DNA of 63,805 bases, counting the filler, from Lenisia limosa (lineage: Eukaryota; Protista; Breviatea): NCBI GenBank assembly GCA_001655205.1. It is 15 parts of 15 records of this genome, joined end to end, with 100 filler letters (N's around TTAATTAATTAA, not from the genome) between each part and the next. Parts side by side here need not be neighbours in the genome. Positions count along the whole stretch, not along the records: positions 60,874 to 62,112 come from LPNZ01007096.1; positions 62,213 to 63,805 come from LPNZ01002342.1; 13 more parts are not named here. One strand, given 5' to 3'. Under the pieces are notes generated by a model. It was not told the DNA's origin. It made no database searches and worked only from the letters and a program-made list of their open reading frames with translations. A program made the translations under genes and the position numbers. Positions 61,948 through 63,805 of the stretch are shown here, in pieces. Position 1 is the first letter of the stretch; each line of letters opens with the position of its first letter.

Positions 61948-62924
61948 CCTAGGTACATTAATGTATTCTGCTATTTTGCAATGAGAAATAAAAACAAACA
62001 AGATTGTATCTGGCCGAAACCGTCCACACCCTCTCTCTCTCCCATCCCCAGGGTAGAAAACCTCTACTCGTCTTTCCTCAATCGAACAAGGTAACTCTCA
62101 CCATTCACTCAANNNNNNNNNNNNNNNNNNNNNNNNNNNNNNNNNNNNNNNNNNNNTTAATTAATTAANNNNNNNNNNNNNNNNNNNNNNNNNNNNNNNN
62201 NNNNNNNNNNNNCTTCTGCAGCACCGCATCCATCACTCCGTGAGATAATGAATGTGGCGTAGAGAGAGGTGGAGGAAAATGAAAAATAGAAAAGAAGCCA
62301 GCAATAATAAAATTGGTTGACCAATCAAAATTCACCCCCCCCCTCCCATTACTATTTTCCTCAAAGTATCAACAATGAAAATTTTGAAAATTAATCGCAT
62401 GGAGTCCTAAAACAAAAGCTAGACAATAATTCCCCCATNNNNNNNNNNNNNNNNNNNNNNNNNNNNNNNNNNNNNNNNNNNNNNNNNNNNNNNNNNNNNN
62501 NNNNNNNNNNNNNNNNNNNNNNNNNNNNNNNNNNNNNNNNNNNNNNNNNNNNNNNNNNNNNNNNNNNNNNNNNNNNNGGCGTGAGTTTTGTGGAGGGGAG
62601 TAAAATTATGAAAAAAAAAAAAGAGCCCAGAATCAACTCTGTTGCCTGACCAACACACAAAGGTTGATAACAACAGTCACTCTTTTCAATCACAAATATA
62701 TCACCAACACAGACAAGACTAGAATGAATTTTCTTGATAATTCCTCCAAAACTATCGAGATTTCATCGATCTTTATTTCAAAGCGAAACCATATCATATG
62801 TAGTGAAGTAACTAAAAATACACTGACCGCGACAAGACCTGCTGGCATGGTAGACAAAAGAGAAAAACTCATTATCCATAGTAGGGCTTATCACGGCAAG
62901 ATTTGTATGAAATGTAGTTACTTG

Positions 62925-63805
62925 TACCCCCAAACATGGTGCTCTGCGAAGGGTCGAAGGAGAGCTGACGGGGCTCGATGGGCGAGATGATGGGCTGCGT
63001 AAAACGGGGGAGAGCTGGTGTGCGCGCGGTCTAGCAGGTCATTAGAACGAGGAAATATATTAGAATGACAATATGAGAATATGTTACAATGAGATAACGT
63101 GTATGTTTGAAGAAGAAGATACTTGAGAAGACGATATGCTGTGGGATCACTACGGCTTCACTTCGGTTAAAAAAAAGACAGATTTTCTCGACAAATCGTC
63201 GAAAACTATCGATATATAACTGGTTTTTTCCAACCGAAGTAAAGCCCTATTAGTAGTAGATAATGTGTTATAAGGATAACACCAGTAGGAGACAGCATTA
63301 GACGGAGGCCGGGGGGAGGGGGTAACAGTAAAAATGGGAGAGAAAACAAGGAGGTTATTAATTGGAAAATATGAGGAGACTGACTGCAATACAAATAGAA
63401 GACAGAAAACAGGGGGTATTTTATCAAGGTAAAAGCAGCTGGATTTGAGCTAACCGGCAGGACGGGGAGAGGAGCTGCACCTTCGAGGTGGGTGGGGGAA
63501 AGGCCGATTTCATCGTTTGCGTCCAATGTGACCACCGGGGCCTGGAGGAGGGGTGAAAAGGAAAATTATATACAAAAAAAGCCCAAAATCAACTCTGTTG
63601 GTTACCACTGCTTAATTTTTAACCACCTAGGAAGGGTTTGTGATATTGGTTTATGTTAATCGTGGACCCTACACCACACAGATTTTTGTTGAAGTTTAGG
63701 CTAAAAGTTTCCCACCCTCCAAAGTATATAATAAGATGATAAATATGGCACTCCCCCCACAGCCGCTACTTGCTGCACAGGCACCGCGGCCGGGAGCTGA
63801 ACCTG
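62925..63805 (-). CDS. Unknown Pro/Ser-rich protein fragment
   Basis: QVQLPAAVPVQQVAA / APVVTLDANDEIGLSPTHLEGAAPLPVLP with GT-AG boundaries (intron ~63542-63762). Confidence 0.4.
63151..63248. mobile_element. MITE family A
   Basis: TACGGCTTCACTTCGGTT...CCAACCGAAGTAAAGCCCTA. Further partial copies at ~9710, 14360, 31170, 38050, 43480, 47180, 47640-47838, 57217, 61622, 62710. Confidence 0.85.
63542..63605 (-). mobile_element. Family D 3' end at an acceptor
   Basis: CCAACAGAGTTGATTTTGGGCTTTTTTTGTATATAATTTTCCTTTTCACCCCTCCTCCAG. Others at 29685-29785(+), 30691-30796(+), ~49500-49572(+), 50018-50070(-), 57630-57720(-), 62580-62670(-); 5' parts at 44050(+), 62213(-). Confidence 0.75.

Noticed and set aside
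29418-62168. Regularly recurring TTAATTAATTAA palindrome as a biological repeat or CRISPR-like array
   Set aside because: Always embedded in N44 runs and gives stops in all six frames; an artificial scaffold linker. Gene neighbourhoods across these points are meaningless.
563-63805. ORFs containing long X runs
   Set aside because: Artefacts of translating N gaps. Gaps mostly follow G/C homopolymers or repeats and hide exons.
1-63805. tRNA, rRNA, CRISPR arrays, autonomous transposase/retrotransposon ORFs, prokaryotic operons or defence systems
   Set aside because: None recognised by eye; repeats are dispersed or tandem without unique spacers, and coding regions are spliced eukaryotic genes.

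Overview
Intron-rich genomic DNA from a unicellular eukaryote (standard code, GT-AG introns of roughly 50-500 nt; the organism cannot be identified from sequence alone). The window is not one locus: 14 spacers of N44-TTAATTAATTAA-N44 join separate scaffolds, so 1-29373 is one scaffold and everything after is small unlinked pieces. Spliced genes reconstructed by eye: a cytochrome b5 reductase-family flavoprotein, a TEX2/Nvj2-like TM-PH-SMP protein, a ~16 kb giant multi-pass surface receptor (signal peptide, IPT/TIG and Ig-like modules, Cys-rich repeats, TM bundle), an NUPL2/Nup42-like FG nucleoporin, a WD40 protein, a protein disulfide isomerase, an hnRNP F/H-type qRRM protein, an NADPH-cytochrome P450 reductase-like fragment and several unknowns. 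The most striking signal is in the introns. (i) Many carry a G-run right after the donor and/or a C-run right before the acceptor. (ii) A dispersed ~130-150 nt element (family D) usually lies in the host gene's sense orientation and ends at or near the 3' splice site, which is introner-like behaviour. (iii) Three miniature transposon-like families (A, B, C; about 50 copies or fragments counted by eye) fill the introns, nest in each other and form chimeras. Exon boundaries, copy counts and protein family calls are manual, not database results.
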